A stretch of DNA of 63,544 nt, filler included, from Chiloscyllium plagiosum (Eukaryota): the NCBI RefSeq assembly GCF_004010195.1. It is 4 parts of one record of this genome, joined end to end, with 100 filler letters (N's around TTAATTAATTAA, not from the genome) between each part and the next. Parts side by side here need not be neighbours in the genome. Positions count along the whole stretch, not along the records: positions 36,295 to 56,728 come from NC_057717.1; 3 more parts are not named here. One strand, given 5' to 3'. This document shows, one piece after another, positions 37,600 to 51,344 of this stretch; within the stretch, counting starts at the first letter, position 1; each line of letters begins with the position of its first letter. The position numbers were made by a program, and so were the translations under genes. The notes under the pieces were generated by a model. It saw only the letters and a list, made by a program, of their open reading frames with translations. It had not been told where the DNA came from and searched no databases.

Positions 37600-40310
37600 A
37601 ATTTCGTGCTGGGCATGGATGCTGGATCCTGTGGCTGCGAGATTACTGTGTGGTAGATTATGGGAGAATCAATAGCAGGAAAACACACACTTGACCACAT
37701 CGTCACCAATCTGCCTGCTGATCTTCATTTAAGACATCATGTGCGAACCGCATAGTCCTTGTGGGTCGTAATGGCCATCCTCCCGTGTTCTAGTAGTCAT
37801 GTAGCCCCCTGTGTGCTGTATGAGACAGAATTAAAACGGATCGAGCAATTAACGACGAGGCACCTGTGAGGCGCAGTGGTGCATCAGTATCTGTCGATTC
37901 ATGTTCTTTACAACTCACACAGTCTGCAACTTCACAGCCTAGCATATCTCCCACTTTCCATTTACCATCGAGTCGGGAATCCACAATGGTTCAATGAAGT
38001 GTGCAGGAGGCCATGTCAGGAGTAGAACAAGTCAGAACCAGTTAGGAGGTGATTGCCCAGAGAAACTGTCGTCAGAAACAAAACAGGCCATCTTGCCTGT
38101 CAAAATGCAATATTAGTAGGTGATCGGCAGAGCTGATTGATCTCGCTATCAATGCAGCAGACGGAAGCTCTGTGGTCCTCCCATATTTATTCGTAAAAGA
38201 GGGTGGACCATGAAACTGACTTAATGGAGGAGGAGGCTTCTCCAAAACCGACATCCTCAGTTATGGAGGAAAACCAAACGTCAGAGCAAGATTAATGTTG
38301 AAGCATTTGGAACAGGTGACTCATTTCAATATCTTCTTGTGGTCTCACTGTCAACATAGTGGTTCCCTTCCAATGTTACTATGCCCTTGATTTTTTTTTC
38401 AAGAAGTGTCTTGAAACAGCCAAAGCTCCGAAACGGCTGCATTGGTGCAGAGATGAATGGTTTATTGGGGCCCTCGTTGTTTGCCCCTAAGCAGATGACA
38501 CCGCAGGAAAAAAACATTCACGTTATGGAAATAGTTTGAATACTGAAAGAGGACTGGTCAATCGTGGCAGCTGATAGTTTTTTGGGAAGTTCAGTAGCTG
38601 TGAGTGTGAACAAATGCTGCGGGAGTCATTCACAGTTGAGCCTGAAACTTCTCTGTTTCCTTCTGCCCTTCTAACTTCGACCTGTAAGTTCGAAGTTCGA
38701 ACCTGTATTTTTTCCTTTTTGTTTAAGCGGATTGTTTATTGGGTCTGCTGCACGTATTTTTGGAACAGCATAATTTACCCTGGTTTGGATCGACAATAGA
38801 CAATACAAACAATAGATAATAGATGCAGGAGAAGGCCATTCTGCCCTTTGAGCCTGCACCACCATTCATTATGATCATAGCTGATCATAGGATAAATTAG
38901 ATCGTATTTTGTTTCCTGTTCTTTGTCATTCCTTCCATAATTTTATAAATGCATCTTGTTTGTTTAAAACCCGGCAGAAGACCCAACGAATTTACACTGG
39001 GAATATCCACGGGACACCTAGCTAAATAAATAGTCTGGCCTATCTGCTTAAAATATTTTGAGTCGTCTGGCCTAGTCCATAACACGAACATCACAGATGC
39101 CAATTTTGAACAATTAGATTTACTCCACGCGGTATCAAGAAATGGCATAAAACACGGGAAACTGTGATCGATGTCGGCCTTCGTAGCATCCGACTCTAGA
39201 AATTGGCAAATGCCTCGGCAAGCTGGTCCAGTCCATCAAGAATACAGACATTTACCAACAATATTATTAATTACCAAAATATATCTTGCCCACAGTAAGA
39301 AGTATCACTTTGCTATCCGTCACCGATGGTCGGTGTACAGCCTGCTACATCAATGAGAAGCAAGTTGTCAACAATAATGTGATCATTCAGCAATAACTTG
39401 CTGGGTGACGCTCAATTAGTGTTCAGTCAGGGTCACGCATCTCCTAATCATATTACGAGCTCAATTCAAACAAGTGCAATTCCCAAAGCGAAGTGACAGT
39501 AATTACTCTGAATATTAAGGCACTATTTGATAGACTCAGACAATGGGAAGTTGAGTAAAATTATAGATAATCGGAATCTGGGAAAAAAAATGTCTGCTGG
39601 TTGGAGTAATCATTGCGATAAAAAGTTTGCTGTTAGTGTCAGTAATTCATAATCCATTGCATCTATGCAGCCATTCCTCTGGAGACAGAGTGTCCGAGCC
39701 AAAACCATCCTCAACTGCTTTAGTGATCTCCCTTCCATCATCAGATCAGACATGGGAATGTTCGCTGATAATATGACTCAACAGATGCTGAAACAGTCCC
39801 AGTTCAAATGCAACAAATCCTGCAACCTATTCAGGCTTGGAACAACAAGTGATAAATAACAGGTTATACAAAAGGCAAGCATATTAAGAATCAAACCACC
39901 TCTCCCTTAATATTAAATACGATTATCATTATTGCATCCCCAACAGGTTTCTTACAGTATACTGGAGAAATTACCACTAACCAGAAACTGTATTAATGAC
40001 TCATATACATAAATGTAGCTTCAGGGATAAGTCAGAGTTTTGCAATCCAACAGTGATAAACTCATCTCCTGACTCTTAAAAGCCTGTCCACAATCTGTAA
40101 CATGGGTGTCAAAAGTATGTTGGAATATCCTGCAGAAAATACCCACACAAAAAAGGCCACTTGATGGCCATTACATTCACAGAAATCAAACCCTTCGTCC
40201 ACTTTTGCTTCTTTTTTACAGTGACTACCATCTCACAGAAACACTTCAGAAGATTACCACAGCATATTAGACAGCAGCTTCCAAACACATCTAGATAGGC
40301 AAAGGCAGCA
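37600..40310 (+). mobile_element. Old CR1/L2-group LINE remnants with inserts (mirrored at ~53450-56070)
   Basis: Encodes NCFSDLPSIIRSDMGMFADN (RT FADD region). Same family as 2190-4830. Confidence 0.7.
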
Positions 40311-40659
40311 GGCAAATGAAAAAAAAAGTAAGTTCCAACCCCCCCCCACCCCCCCCCCCCCCACGATCAGTTGTGATATGCAAGTAAGATCCAAATGCAT
40401 CAAGTCTGGAAGCCAGCCAGGCTTGGCCTGACAAGGGTCAAGTAACATTTGCATCACAAATGGTGCGAGCAATAGCCATCTCTGTTGAAAGCGACTCTGG
40501 CGCCTTGACATTCAAAAACAATGCAATCAGTAAATTGCTCGCAAACAACATATCGGGCGTTGCCATTCACCAGAAGCTAAGCTTAACTCACAAAATAAAT
40601 ACGATGGTTTCACGAGCATTTCGAAGACTAAGTATCCTGGAGTATATGAATAATCTCCC

Positions 40660-41325
40660 GATTGATTCGAGCAGATGCGGCAGAGTTGGAGGAGTTGGAA
40701 GAACGGGATGGAGATCTTGCAGGGTATTGTCAGAAAGGAACTGTACTCCAGTTCGTTGTAAAAATCTGTGTGTCTTCTACATGGAGACTGTTGCCAGAGA
40801 TGGAAAGGGAGAGGACAAGAAATGGGGGGATCGTGTCCAAGAATTCAATGTAACGGCGAAAGAGTGGGGTACACTGCCGGTATCGGAAGAGAAGAGGGAC
40901 TGTTCGATATAATTGACAATGAGTTAGACAAAGCTAGGCAAATCCGGGAGTCCATGATCACCCCCTTGGATTTGGAGAAAATGGGAGGAGTTAGAGGAAA
41001 GTTTATTAAGGGTGAGGACTATTTCAGCGGAATGGCGGATGATGTTAGTGGAGTGGGGCTGGATGTGTCTGTTGGAGAGGAATAGTCTGAAGGACTGAAG
41101 GCCATCCTTGTGTCATATCGACTTTATAAGGAGTGCACGTCCATAATGACGATATACCGCCAGGGACTGGGGATTTGAAAGTTACTGAAGAGATGGAGGG
41201 CGACTTTAGTGTCTCAGATGTAGGTGCGATTTGCCTGACTTCGGGAGCGATGATGGAGTCGAGATAGGGCGAGATGTCCACCTATTTGGAAAACTGAGAT
41301 CACTCCGCTATATCATCCAGACAGN
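40660..41325 (-). mobile_element. Penelope-like RT remnant
   Basis: Mirror of 52020-53065 (YYKxTD..YLxYxS..P CKxSIPFxQFL motif), with an internal deletion at ~40843. Confidence 0.8.
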
Positions 41326-41352
41326 NNNNNNNNNNNNNNNNNNNNNNNNNNN

Positions 41353-41955
41353 GGCAGAGTCCCCCTTGTCCTCTCCAATCATCCCACCAATATCTGCGAC
41401 CATACGGTATCCTGCTAACACGTCTGCCAACTCTAACTAGATCCTTCCACTAAGTACATCTCCCCCCACCACTCCTATGTGCATTACACAATGTTCATTC
41501 CTTGTTTTGCGCCACATTCCCCAACAACCACTGTTCCATTCCCCCACCGAACTCCCAAGTACCATCCCGTGTTATCGCAAAAGATGAAATACCTGCCGGC
41601 CTACCAAGAACCAGGGCTACAGAGAGGGCCACAGACCACCCTTGCAGATGATACAGAGCTTCAGATGTCTCTCTTTTATCTCATTAATTCATCAACTATT
41701 TCCAATGTGGTCTTGTCTCCATCGGGGAGACCAAACATGTTAAAAGCGAATGCCTTCCTGAACTTTTCAGCTGGGCACACGGGCGTCGGGTGGACCTCCG
41801 AGTTGCCGTCCATTTTAATTCCTCTTCCCACTCTGTTTCCGATACTACCATTCTTTGCCTGCTCTATTGTCACAACGAACCAAACAACAGAAACACCTCT
41901 TCCGCCTGGGCAGCCTACAGCCGGAAAACTCAACATTGTGTTCTCCAATGTTGAA
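41353..41955 (+). mobile_element. Penelope-like GIY-YIG remnant, inverted relative to its RT
   Basis: CAATGTGGTCTTGTCTCCATCGGGGAGACCAAA encodes QCGLVSIGETK, close to CGLLYIGETKR. Confidence 0.7.
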
Positions 41956-42399
41956 TTTTTATTTTTACCCCAAACATCTTATCGGCTCATTGGTTAGAGT
42001 TTGGCAAAAGCAATACTTTCAAAATCGATTTCCTTTTAGTATTCTGTGGGATAAGTGAAACTGATTCGTTAAATTTGAATTGATATCAAAATTGTAAAAA
42101 AATGCATGCATCTATTTCAGCCAGACGATACATATCTTCAGTTTTCTATTACACTCTGAGAATGCTAGTCATATGACATTTGCATGCAAATAGTTCCTTA
42201 AATGTACAGTGCACGCCTTCAACTTAAAGCACCCCATCTTAAGAAAAGAATGAACCATTTTACGTAAAAAAAGCTTTAATTTTTGTTTTAATTCTTAATC
42301 CCACTAGCATGACATACATTGAACATTAATCAAAGTTCATATTAATTTTTGCATACATAGATAAAATATTGGGATCTGTTCATTATTATCGATATTTTA

Positions 42400-43760
42400 T
42401 CCGCTAAATACACGATAATGCCTCGGCCATCACAATTTGGAAATTAAAATTCTGTAATATTTGACTCCATTGGAATAGTCTCATGTTCTTGTCTTTAAAT
42501 CGTTACAAGAATGTAAGAGGATTCTGGTCTTTGTTTACAACTGTCTCTGACACATTTATTATCACATAATCATTAAAATGTAAGGCCAGTACCAGTTCAA
42601 CAATTCCTTTTCGATGATGGAGTATTTTCTCGAAATAGGAGCCAGTTGGCCGTTCAATTGCATTATCATCTTCGAGTAGCAGGACACCTCTGATTCATAT
42701 ATCGCTAGCAGCAATTGCAAAATTTAAGGATTTCAAAATAATTGGTTTAATTCAAGCTGGTGCGGTGTTTCATACTGCTTTTAAATTCTCAAGTATTTCC
42801 TCGCATTGTTCTGTCCACCAAGGTTTTTGTGGTTTTTCTCAGGAAATCTGCTAATTGTGCCACGACGCCTCTGAAGATTTTACATTCTTCAATTAGAATC
42901 CGCTTAGACCCAAAATTCCAAACGGCTCTTTCTTTAAAGATGAAATTCTTCGATGATATTCAGCTTGGCATTTGCTGGGGTCACAGTTCCATGACCGATG
43001 TTATGTGCCAAGAATGTCACCTCTGCTTTTGCGACTTTTGTTTACTTGCAGTTTATTACCAATTTTATTTCTCATAATCGATCATAGATCTCTGCTAACT
43101 TTACCATGTATTATTCCATGATTCGCTACATCACCCAGATAATGTGTACATTTTCTTAACGCAGTCAAAACTCTGTTCATGAGTCGTTGGAATACGGCTG
43201 GTGTGATCCTCATTCCAAAGTGCATCACTTTGTAGCCCATTTTGTGTTCCAACAGCAGAAACTCCTTTTGCTTTTTCTGATAAAGATACATGCCAATAAC
43301 CACACAGTAAGTCAAACGTTTTGAAGTAAACGGCTTATCCAACTTTCTCTGTCCAGTCCTCAAATTATAGTATCCGGTATGAGTCCGATTCTGATATGGC
43401 GTCGATCTTCCAATAGTCCACAAAATATCAGTGAGTCCGTCAGGTTTAAGGGCTATCGTGATGGGGGAACTCCACTCACTCTAACTCGGTTCGGTGATAT
43501 CTTCATTGAGAATCACATTTACTTCCTTCTCGACCTGTCTGGCTTTGAGAGGATTAAGCCCGTGGGGGTGCTGTTTCATCACAACGGCATTCTCTTCCTC
43601 GACTCATGCGCAATAGAGTTTTTCCTCCCCACCTTGTTCCTGCGTATATCCTGAAATAAACTTTTCAAATCTACTCTTTGCCCCTGAGACAGATAGTCCA
43701 TCAGCCTATCCCATTCCTTAATGAATGAATTCCGAGTTGGATTCATGCAGTCACTTGATG
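42400..43760 (-). mobile_element. Ty3/Gypsy pol remnant (RT-RNase H)
   Basis: Mirror of 49500-50906. Encodes YKVMHFGMRITPAVFQRLMN...YLGDV. Confidence 0.85.
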
Positions 43761-44589
43761 CGCACGCCTTCTGGTGGACAGTTTCGTGAAATGTACAGTG
43801 CTGGAGGCAGTCATTGTAGTGTTAAAGTGTTATAATTATTGTACTATTTCAGTAAAATATATGATGAAAATGTTTACGTATACTCTGCTTTCATTTCTGT
43901 TCGCCAAAGTGCTGTTTTTACTTAAATTATTAGTGATGCTTTTGATGGTATGCCGTAACCATTTTCTTCCCCCCTGCTTAGGCCACATTTATTATATTAC
44001 GTGATTTTTGATAACATGGTGTCCCACGGGAACACAACTACAGTGTGAAAACTACCTGAACACAGCTGGGTCCAAAGACATTTCTTGAANNNNNNNNNNN
44101 NNNNNNNNNNNNNNNNNNNNNNNNNNNNNNNNNNNNNNNNNNNNNNNNNNNNNNNNNNNNNNNNNNNNNNNNNNNNNNNNNNNNNNNNNNNNNNNNNNNN
44201 NNNNNNNNNNNNNNNNNNNNNNNNNNNNNNNNNNNNNNNNNNNNNNNNNNNNNNNNNNNNNNNNNNNNNNNNNNNNNNNNNNNNNNNNNNNNNNNNNNNN
44301 NNNNNNNNNNNNNNNNNNNNNNNNNNNNNNNNNNNNNNNNNNNNNNNNNNNNNNNNNNNNNNNNNNNNNNNNNNNNNNNNNNNNNNNNNNNNNNNNNNNN
44401 NNNNNNNNNNNNNNNNNNNNNNNNNNNNNNNNNNNNNNNNNNNNNNNNNNNNNNNNNNNNNNNNNNNNNNNNNNNNNNNNNNNNNNNNNNNNNNNNNNNN
44501 NNNNNNNNNNNNNNNNNNNNNNNNNNNNNNNNNNNNNNNNNNNNNNNNNNNNNNNNNNNNNNNNNNNNNNNNNNNNNNNNNNNNNNNNN

Positions 44590-46935
44590 AGGCTGAATAT
44601 TTTCCCTCAACCAACTCTCGTTTCCTTCTTACAGAAAGTCAGTTTCCAATTTAAACTGCTCGATCACATTCAATCCCATGCCTCCACATTTTGTCCAGAA
44701 ACCTTGCATGTGGAATATTTTCAAAGGGTTTGCTGAAGTCCGTGCACACCATGGCAACTGCCCTACACTCATCCGCATGCTCAATCACCTTCTCAAAATT
44801 CTCAATGAGTTTTGTGAGACACGACCTGCCCTTGACGAATCCATGTTGACTATTTCTAAACAATTGTTGCTTGCTGGATGATTATCTATCCTATCCCTTA
44901 TAATCCTTTCCAAAACGTTTCCTACAACAAACATAAAGCTCACTGGTCTATAATTGCCTGGGTTATTTCCACTGCCCTTCTTGGACAAGGGCACAGCATT
45001 TGCAATCCTCCAGTCCTCTGATACTAAACCTGTAGACAATGACAGCTCAAAGATCAAGGCCAAAGTATCGGCCAAATATTTTCTAGCTACCCAGAGAATT
45101 CCCTGAAAAATTCCATTCAGTCCAGATGACTTGTCTACTTTCACTCCTCCTAAAAATGACAACGCCTCCTCCTTATTAACCTTCATCTTTTCAAGTCAAA
45201 TAGCTTATAACTGAGGTTTCTCCTCCACAATACTCTCCTTTTCCTGACTGAAAGCAGATGAGAAATATTCGTTTAGCCCCATTCTGATCTTCACAGAGTC
45301 CACACGCAACTTCCCACTTCTGTCTTTGACAGGCCCTATTCCTATCATCGTCATGCTTTTATTCTTTACATATCTATAGAAAGCCTTCGGGATCTCCTTT
45401 ATTCGACCTGCTGAAGACTCCTAATGTTCCCTACTTGCTCTTCTTAACTTTCTCTTTAAATAATTTCTAGATAACCTGTAACCCGTCATCGCCTTATCCG
45501 CACCATCTCGCCTGAATGTTACATAAGCCTCCCTCTGCCGCTGAAGAAGAGATAAAATTTCTTTAGAAAACCTTAGTTCCCTTGTGCTTTGCCTGACGGG
45601 GACATACTTATCAAAGACGTGAACTATCTGTTCCTTTAATCAGCTCCACATTTCGATTGCCCCTAACCCCTGCATTTTGCTGCCCCGTTCTATGCCTCCT
45701 CAGTCTTTCTTATGGCATTATAATAGCCCTTTCCTCATCCATAACTCCTGCCATGTGGCATGTTCATTCCCTTGTCTATCGTGAAACTAAACGTAATCGA
45801 ATTGTGGTCACTTCCAAAGTGCTCACATAAAACTAAATTAGACACCTGGCCTGGTTCATTACCAATACCACATGCAGTGTGGCCTCCACTCTTGTCAAAC
45901 CATCGATATACTGAGTCAGGAAACCCTCCTAAACACATTGGATAAAATGTGATCCGTCAGACGGACAAGAGATATAGCATTTCCAGTCAATGTTGTGGAA
46001 GGTAATTTCCCCCATAATGACCACCATGTTCCCTTCACTCTGGCCCAGAATCCATTTGCCAATCCTCTCCTTCACATCCCTGGAACTTTTTGGATGCCTG
46101 TGAAAACTCCCAGCAGTGTGACCGCTTCTCTCCTGTTTGTGAACTCAACCGATAACACGTCAGCAGATGAGTCCTTGTCAAGTGTTCTTTCAGTCACCGT
46201 TATACCGTCCTTGACGAACAAAGCCACACCCCACCCCACTTTTACCACTGTCCCTGATATTGATGAAAGATCAAAACCTGGAACTTGCACCTTGAATTCC
46301 TGACCTTGCTCAATCCATGTCTCAGTAATAGCCACATGCTCGAAGTTCACCTAACTTTTTCCGGATACTCCTGGCGTTGAAGTTGACACACTTCAAACCA
46401 GCTTGCTGTCTGCCAGCACACTCCTGTGACCCTGAAGACCAGTGCATGTCCTTCCTCCTCTCATCCGCGTGTTTACTGGAACGAGAACATAGGTTCCCAC
46501 AATCCTGCTGAGCTAGTTGAAACCCACACAAATAGCAAAAGCAAACTTCACACCCATGATTTTCGTACCATTCTGGTTCAAGTGAAGACCGTCCCGTTTG
46601 TAGAGGTCGCACCTTCCCCAGAATGAGCCGCAATCATCCATAAACCTGAAATCCAGACCCCCTGCACCATCCTTTGCCGCCATGTATTCAGCTGGTATCT
46701 CTCCCTGTTTTTCACCTCACCATTATATTGCACGGATAAAATTCAGAGATTGCAATACTTTTCTAAACTTGCACACTACGTCCCTGAAATCCTGCCTTAC
46801 ACCCCGTCTCTCTTTCTACCTATGTAGTTGGTATCTATGTGGACCACTACTTGGAGCTTGTCGCCCACTCCCTTCAGGACCTCAAAGAGAAGATACGATG
46901 TATCACGGAACCTGGCACCTGGTATCACGGAACCT
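44590..46935 (-). mobile_element. CR1 LINE: ORF1 esterase end, APE endonuclease and RT start
   Basis: PGARFRD...VVVHIDTNYIGR (SGNH-esterase ORF1); CVNFNARSI, VAITETW, GVALFVK and SDHN (APE); NYRPVS and QHGF (RT). Confidence 0.9.
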
Positions 46936-48175
46936 AGGGCGCGTGGGGGCGATAAATTCGCCAGAAAGGACGTAAACAGAGAGCGAAGAAGAACGAGGAA
47001 GGGACATCCGATGTTTTTGGCAGATCCGATCAAGGAAAAACCTAAAGTTACGTAAGGGTAAATCAGGTATAAAAGAATGACTGGAGTAAGATTCGGACCA
47101 AGCAAGGACAGTCGTGGGAAGGTGTGTGTGGAATCAGAGGAGATATGAAAAGAGCCAAATGAACATTTTACGTCAGTATTCACACGAGAAAAGCACATTT
47201 CCGTCGAGGAGTATAATATGATACAGATTATACTGGGTTGAGGCTCCCAAAGCGGAGGTGTTAGCATTTCTGGAAAGCGTGAAAACAAGTAATTCCCAAT
47301 GGCCGGATTGGATTTATCCTAGGATTCTCTGGGAAGCCAGGGATGAGATTTCAGAGCCTTTGGCTTTGATCTGTACGTCGTCAGTGTCTCCATCAATTTG
47401 GCCAGATGACTGGAGTAGAGCAAGTGTTCCCCTTGTTCAAGAAGAGGAATAGAGACAACTACGCTAATTATAGACCAGTGAGCCTGACTTTGTTTGCTGG
47501 TAAAGTTTTTGAAAATGTTACCAAAATTACGATTTATCATCATCTAGAAATGAATGGGTTGTTTAGGGCTATTCAAAACGGTTTTTTGAAGGGCAGGTCG
47601 TACCTCACAAACCTTATTGAGTTTTTTCAGAAGGTGACCAAACAAGTACTAGACGGTAAAGCGGTTGATCTGTTGTATATGGATTTCAATTAAGTGTATG
47701 ACAATGTTCCTTGTGGTAGGTTTAAGCACTCAACCCAGAAGGATTTGTGTTAGCGTTATTTGGAATTTTGGATCGGAAGTTGTCTAGCTGAACGAAGACA
47801 GAGGATGGTGAATGAAGGGACGTGTTCATCCTGGAGATCAGTTACAGTGGTGTACCGCAGTAGCTTGGGGGCTACTGTTGTTTGTCGTTTTAATAAATGT
47901 TCTGGATCAGGGTATGGAAGGATGGATGAGAAAAGTTGCGGTTGACATTAAGCTTGGTGGATTTGTGGGTAGTGCGGAAGCATATTGCAGGTTACAGAAT
48001 GACATAGATACGCTGTAGAGGTGGGCTGGGAGACAGCAAATGGACTTTAATGTGCATAAGTCTGCGGTGATTTAATTTGGAAAGAGCAAAAGGAGGATCG
48101 TGTACGAGGCTAATAGTAAGATTGTTTAAAATCACACAAAACCAGGTTATAGTCCAACAGGTTTAATTGAAAGCA

Positions 48176-48210
48176 CACTAGCTTTCGGAGCGACGCTCCT
48201 TCATCAGGTG
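48176..48210 (-). ncRNA. Minimal type I hammerhead ribozyme motif (core intact)
   Basis: CAC-CUGAUGA-A-GGAGC-GUC-GCUCC-GAA-AGCU-A^GUG. Confidence 0.82.
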
Positions 48211-48282
48211 ATATTAGAGGGCTTTACATCACACTGTAAATTTTTGCTATAAATTCTGTGTTACAATCGAGCCCTCCATTAT

Positions 48283-48317
48283 CATCTGAAGAAGGAGCGT
48301 CGCTCCGAAAGCGAGTG
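48283..48317 (+). ncRNA. Hammerhead motif with a U16.1>G change (probably inactive)
   Basis: CAU-CUGAAGA-A-GGAGC-GUC-GCUCC-GAA-AGCG-A-GUG. Confidence 0.65.
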
Positions 48318-49499
48318 TGCTTCCAATTAAACATGTTGGACTATAACCTGGTATTGTGTGATTTTTAACTTTGTACACCCCAGTCCAATACCGGCATCTG
48401 CAAAGTAAGATTTTTGTTAGTGCAGATGAGCAGAGATACCATAGTGTCCTTGTGTATAGATCCCCAAAATGTGCCACCCAGGTTGACAGGGTTGTTGAGA
48501 GGGCATGCGTGTGTTGGCTTTTATTCGTAGAGGAATTGAGTTTTGGAGCCACGAAGTCATGTTAGAGCTCTACAAAACTCTGGTGCGGCCACACTTGTGA
48601 GTATTGCGTGCATGTCTGGTCACCACATTACAGTAAGGTTTTTAAGGCTTTAGAAAAGGTTCAGAGGAAATTTACTAAGATGTTGGCTGGTATGGAGGGA
48701 ATGTCTGATGAGGAAAGGTTGAGGGACTTGAGGCTGTTATCATGATAGAGAAGAAGGTTTATATGTAACTAAGTTGAGACATATGAGAAAATCAGAGGTT
48801 TAGTGAGAGCCTTTATCCTCGGATGGTGGTGGCCATCACGAGGGCACATAGTTCTAAACTGAGGAGTGATAGAGGACATATTTCAGAGGTCGCTTCTTTA
48901 CTCAGTGAGTACTAGCTACGTGGAATGCCCTGTCTGCTGCAGTAGTAAACTCACCAACTTTAAGGTCATTTAAATGGCCATTAGATAAACATATGGATGA
49001 ATTTGGAGTAGTTTAATTTGGGTGAGCTTCAGATTGGTTTCACAGTTGGGCACAACATCAATGGTCGAAGGGCCTGTAATGCACTGTAATGTTCAATGTT
49101 TTTTATTCTAGGTTGTCTGATATAACCACTTTACTTCCTAGTCTCTCTGTTAAGAAAACCTGTAAAACCTCTGTACTGTTCAAGAAATGTCTTTGGACCC
49201 AGCTGTCTTCAGGTAGTTTTCACGCGGTAGTTGTGTTCCCGTGGGACACCATGTTATCAAAAATCACGTAATATAATAAATGTGGCCTAAGCAGGGGGGA
49301 AAAGAATGGTTACGGCAAACCATCAAAAACATCACTAATAATCGAAGTAAAAACAGCACTTTGGCGAACAGAAATGAAAGCAGAGTATACGTAAACATTT
49401 TCATCATATATTTTACTGAAATAGTACAATAATTATAATACTTTAACACTACAATTACTGCCTCCAGCACTGTACAGTTCACGAACCTGTCCACCAGAA

Positions 49500-50906
49500 G
49501 GCGTGCGAATCAACTGACTGCATGAATCCAACTCGGAATTCATTCATTAAGGAATGGGATAGGCTGATGGACTATCTGTCTCAGAAGCAAAGAGTAGATT
49601 TGAAAAGTTTATTTCAGGATATACGCAGGAATAAGGTGGGGAGGACAAACTCTATTGCGCATGAGTGGAGGAAGAGAATGCCGTTGTGATGAAACAACAC
49701 CCCCACGGGCTTAATCCTCTCAAAGCCAGACAGGTCTAGAAGGAAGTAAATGTGATTCTCAATAAAGATATCACCGAACCGAGTCAGAGTGAGTGGAGTT
49801 CCCCCATCGCGATAGTCCTTAAACCTGACGGACTCACTGATATTTTGCGGACTATTGGAAGATCGACGCCATATCAGAATCGGACTCATACCGGATACTA
49901 TGATTTGAGGACTGTACAGAGAAAGTTGGATAATCCATTTACTTCAAAACGTTTGACTTACTGTGTGGTTATTGGCATGTATCTTTATCAGAAAAAGCAA
50001 AAGGAGTTTCTGCTGTTGGAACACAAAATGGGCTACAAAGTGATGCACTTTGGAATGAGGATCACACCAGCCGTATTCCAACGACTCATGAACAGAGTTT
50101 TGATTGCGTTAAGAAAATGTACACTTTATCTGGGTGATGTAGTGATCTTTAGCGAATCATGGAAATAGTACATGGTAAAGTTAGCAGAGATCTATGATCG
50201 ATTATGAGAAACAAAATTGGTAACAAACTGAAAGTAAACAAAAGTCGCAAAAGCAGAGGTGACGTTCTTGGCACACAACATCGGTCATGGAATTGTGACC
50301 CCAGGAAATGCCAAGGTGAACATCATCGAAGAATTTCCGCAACCATCCTCAAAGAAAGAGCCGTTTGGAATTTTGGGACTAAGCGGATTCTAATTGAAGA
50401 ATGTAAAATCTTCAGAGGCATCGTGGCACAATTAACAGATTTACTGAGAAAAACCACAAAAAACTTGGTTGACAGAACAATGCGAGGAACTACTTGAGAA
50501 TTTAAAAGCAGTATGAAACACCGCACCAGTTTGAATTAAACCATTTATTTTGAAATCCTTAAATTTTGCAATTGCTGCTAGCGATATAGGAATCAGAGGT
50601 GTCCTGCTACTCGAAGATGATAATGCAACTGAAAGGCCAACTGGCTACTATTTAGAGAAAATACTCCATCATCGAAAAGGAATTGTTGAATTGGTACTGG
50701 CCTTACATTTTAATGATTATGTGATAATAAATGTGTCAGAGACAGTTGTAAACCATGACCAGAATCCTCTTACATTCTTGGAGCGATTTAAAGACAAGAA
50801 CATGAGACTATTCCAAGGGAGTCAAATATTACAGAATTTTAATTTCCAAATTGTACATGTTACTCATCATAAAATTGTGATGGCCGAGGCATTATCGTGG
50901 ATTTAA
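49500..50906 (+). mobile_element. Ty3/Gypsy pol remnant (RT-RNase H)
   Basis: ITEPSQSEWSSPIAIVLKPDG (RT start), MHFGMRITPAVFQRLMN, ASDIGIRGVLL (RNase H DAS-like motif) and HDQNPL. Confidence 0.88.
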
Positions 50907-51344
50907 CGGATAAAATATCGATAATAATGAACAGATCCCAATATTTTATCTATGTATGCAAAAATTAATATGAACTTGGATTAATGTTCAATGTATGTCA
51001 TGCTAGTGGGATTAAGAATTAAAACAAAAATTAAAGCTTTTTATACTTAAAATGGTTCATTTTTTTCTTAAGATGGGGTGCTTTAAGTTGAAGGCGTGCA
51101 CTGTTCATTTAAGGGATTGTTTGCAAGCAAATGTCATATGCCTAGCATTCTCAGAGTGTAATATAAAACTGAAGATATGTATCGTCTGGCTGAAATAGAT
51201 GCATTCATTTTTTTACAGTTTTGACATCAATTCAAATTTAACGAATCAGTTTCACTTATCCCACAGAATACTAAAACGCAATCGATTTTGAAAGTATTGC
51301 TTTTGTCAAACTCTAACCAATGAGCCGATAATATGTTTGGGATA

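Larger units (their letters stand above)
37275..44089 (+). repeat. Left arm of a ~7 kb inverted segmental duplication
   Basis: Reverse complement of 49179-56728. Paired ORFs include 43379-43654(+)/49614-49889(-) and 38072-38254(-)/55493-55675(+). Confidence 0.95.
48127..48403 (+). mobile_element. 277-bp inverted-repeat mini-element (PLE pLTR-derived) with two hammerhead motifs
   Basis: Arms 48127-48223 and 48270-48368 are inverted, followed by a ~35-nt tail. TSD AGTAAGATT(G/T)TT at 48115-48126 and 48404-48415. Confidence 0.85.
46937..49108 (+). mobile_element. CR1 LINE ORF2 to 3' end, degenerate
   Basis: WIYPRILWE, NYRPVSLT and YMDFN motifs. 3' end GAAGGGCCTGTAATGCACTGTAATGTTC. Confidence 0.9.

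Noticed and set aside
44590..49108. A single CR1 with a twin-priming 5' inversion, or the centre of a perfect palindrome
   Set aside because: The two halves overlap in ORF2 by ~0.8 kb and are much more diverged from each other than the duplication arms are, so they are separate copies.
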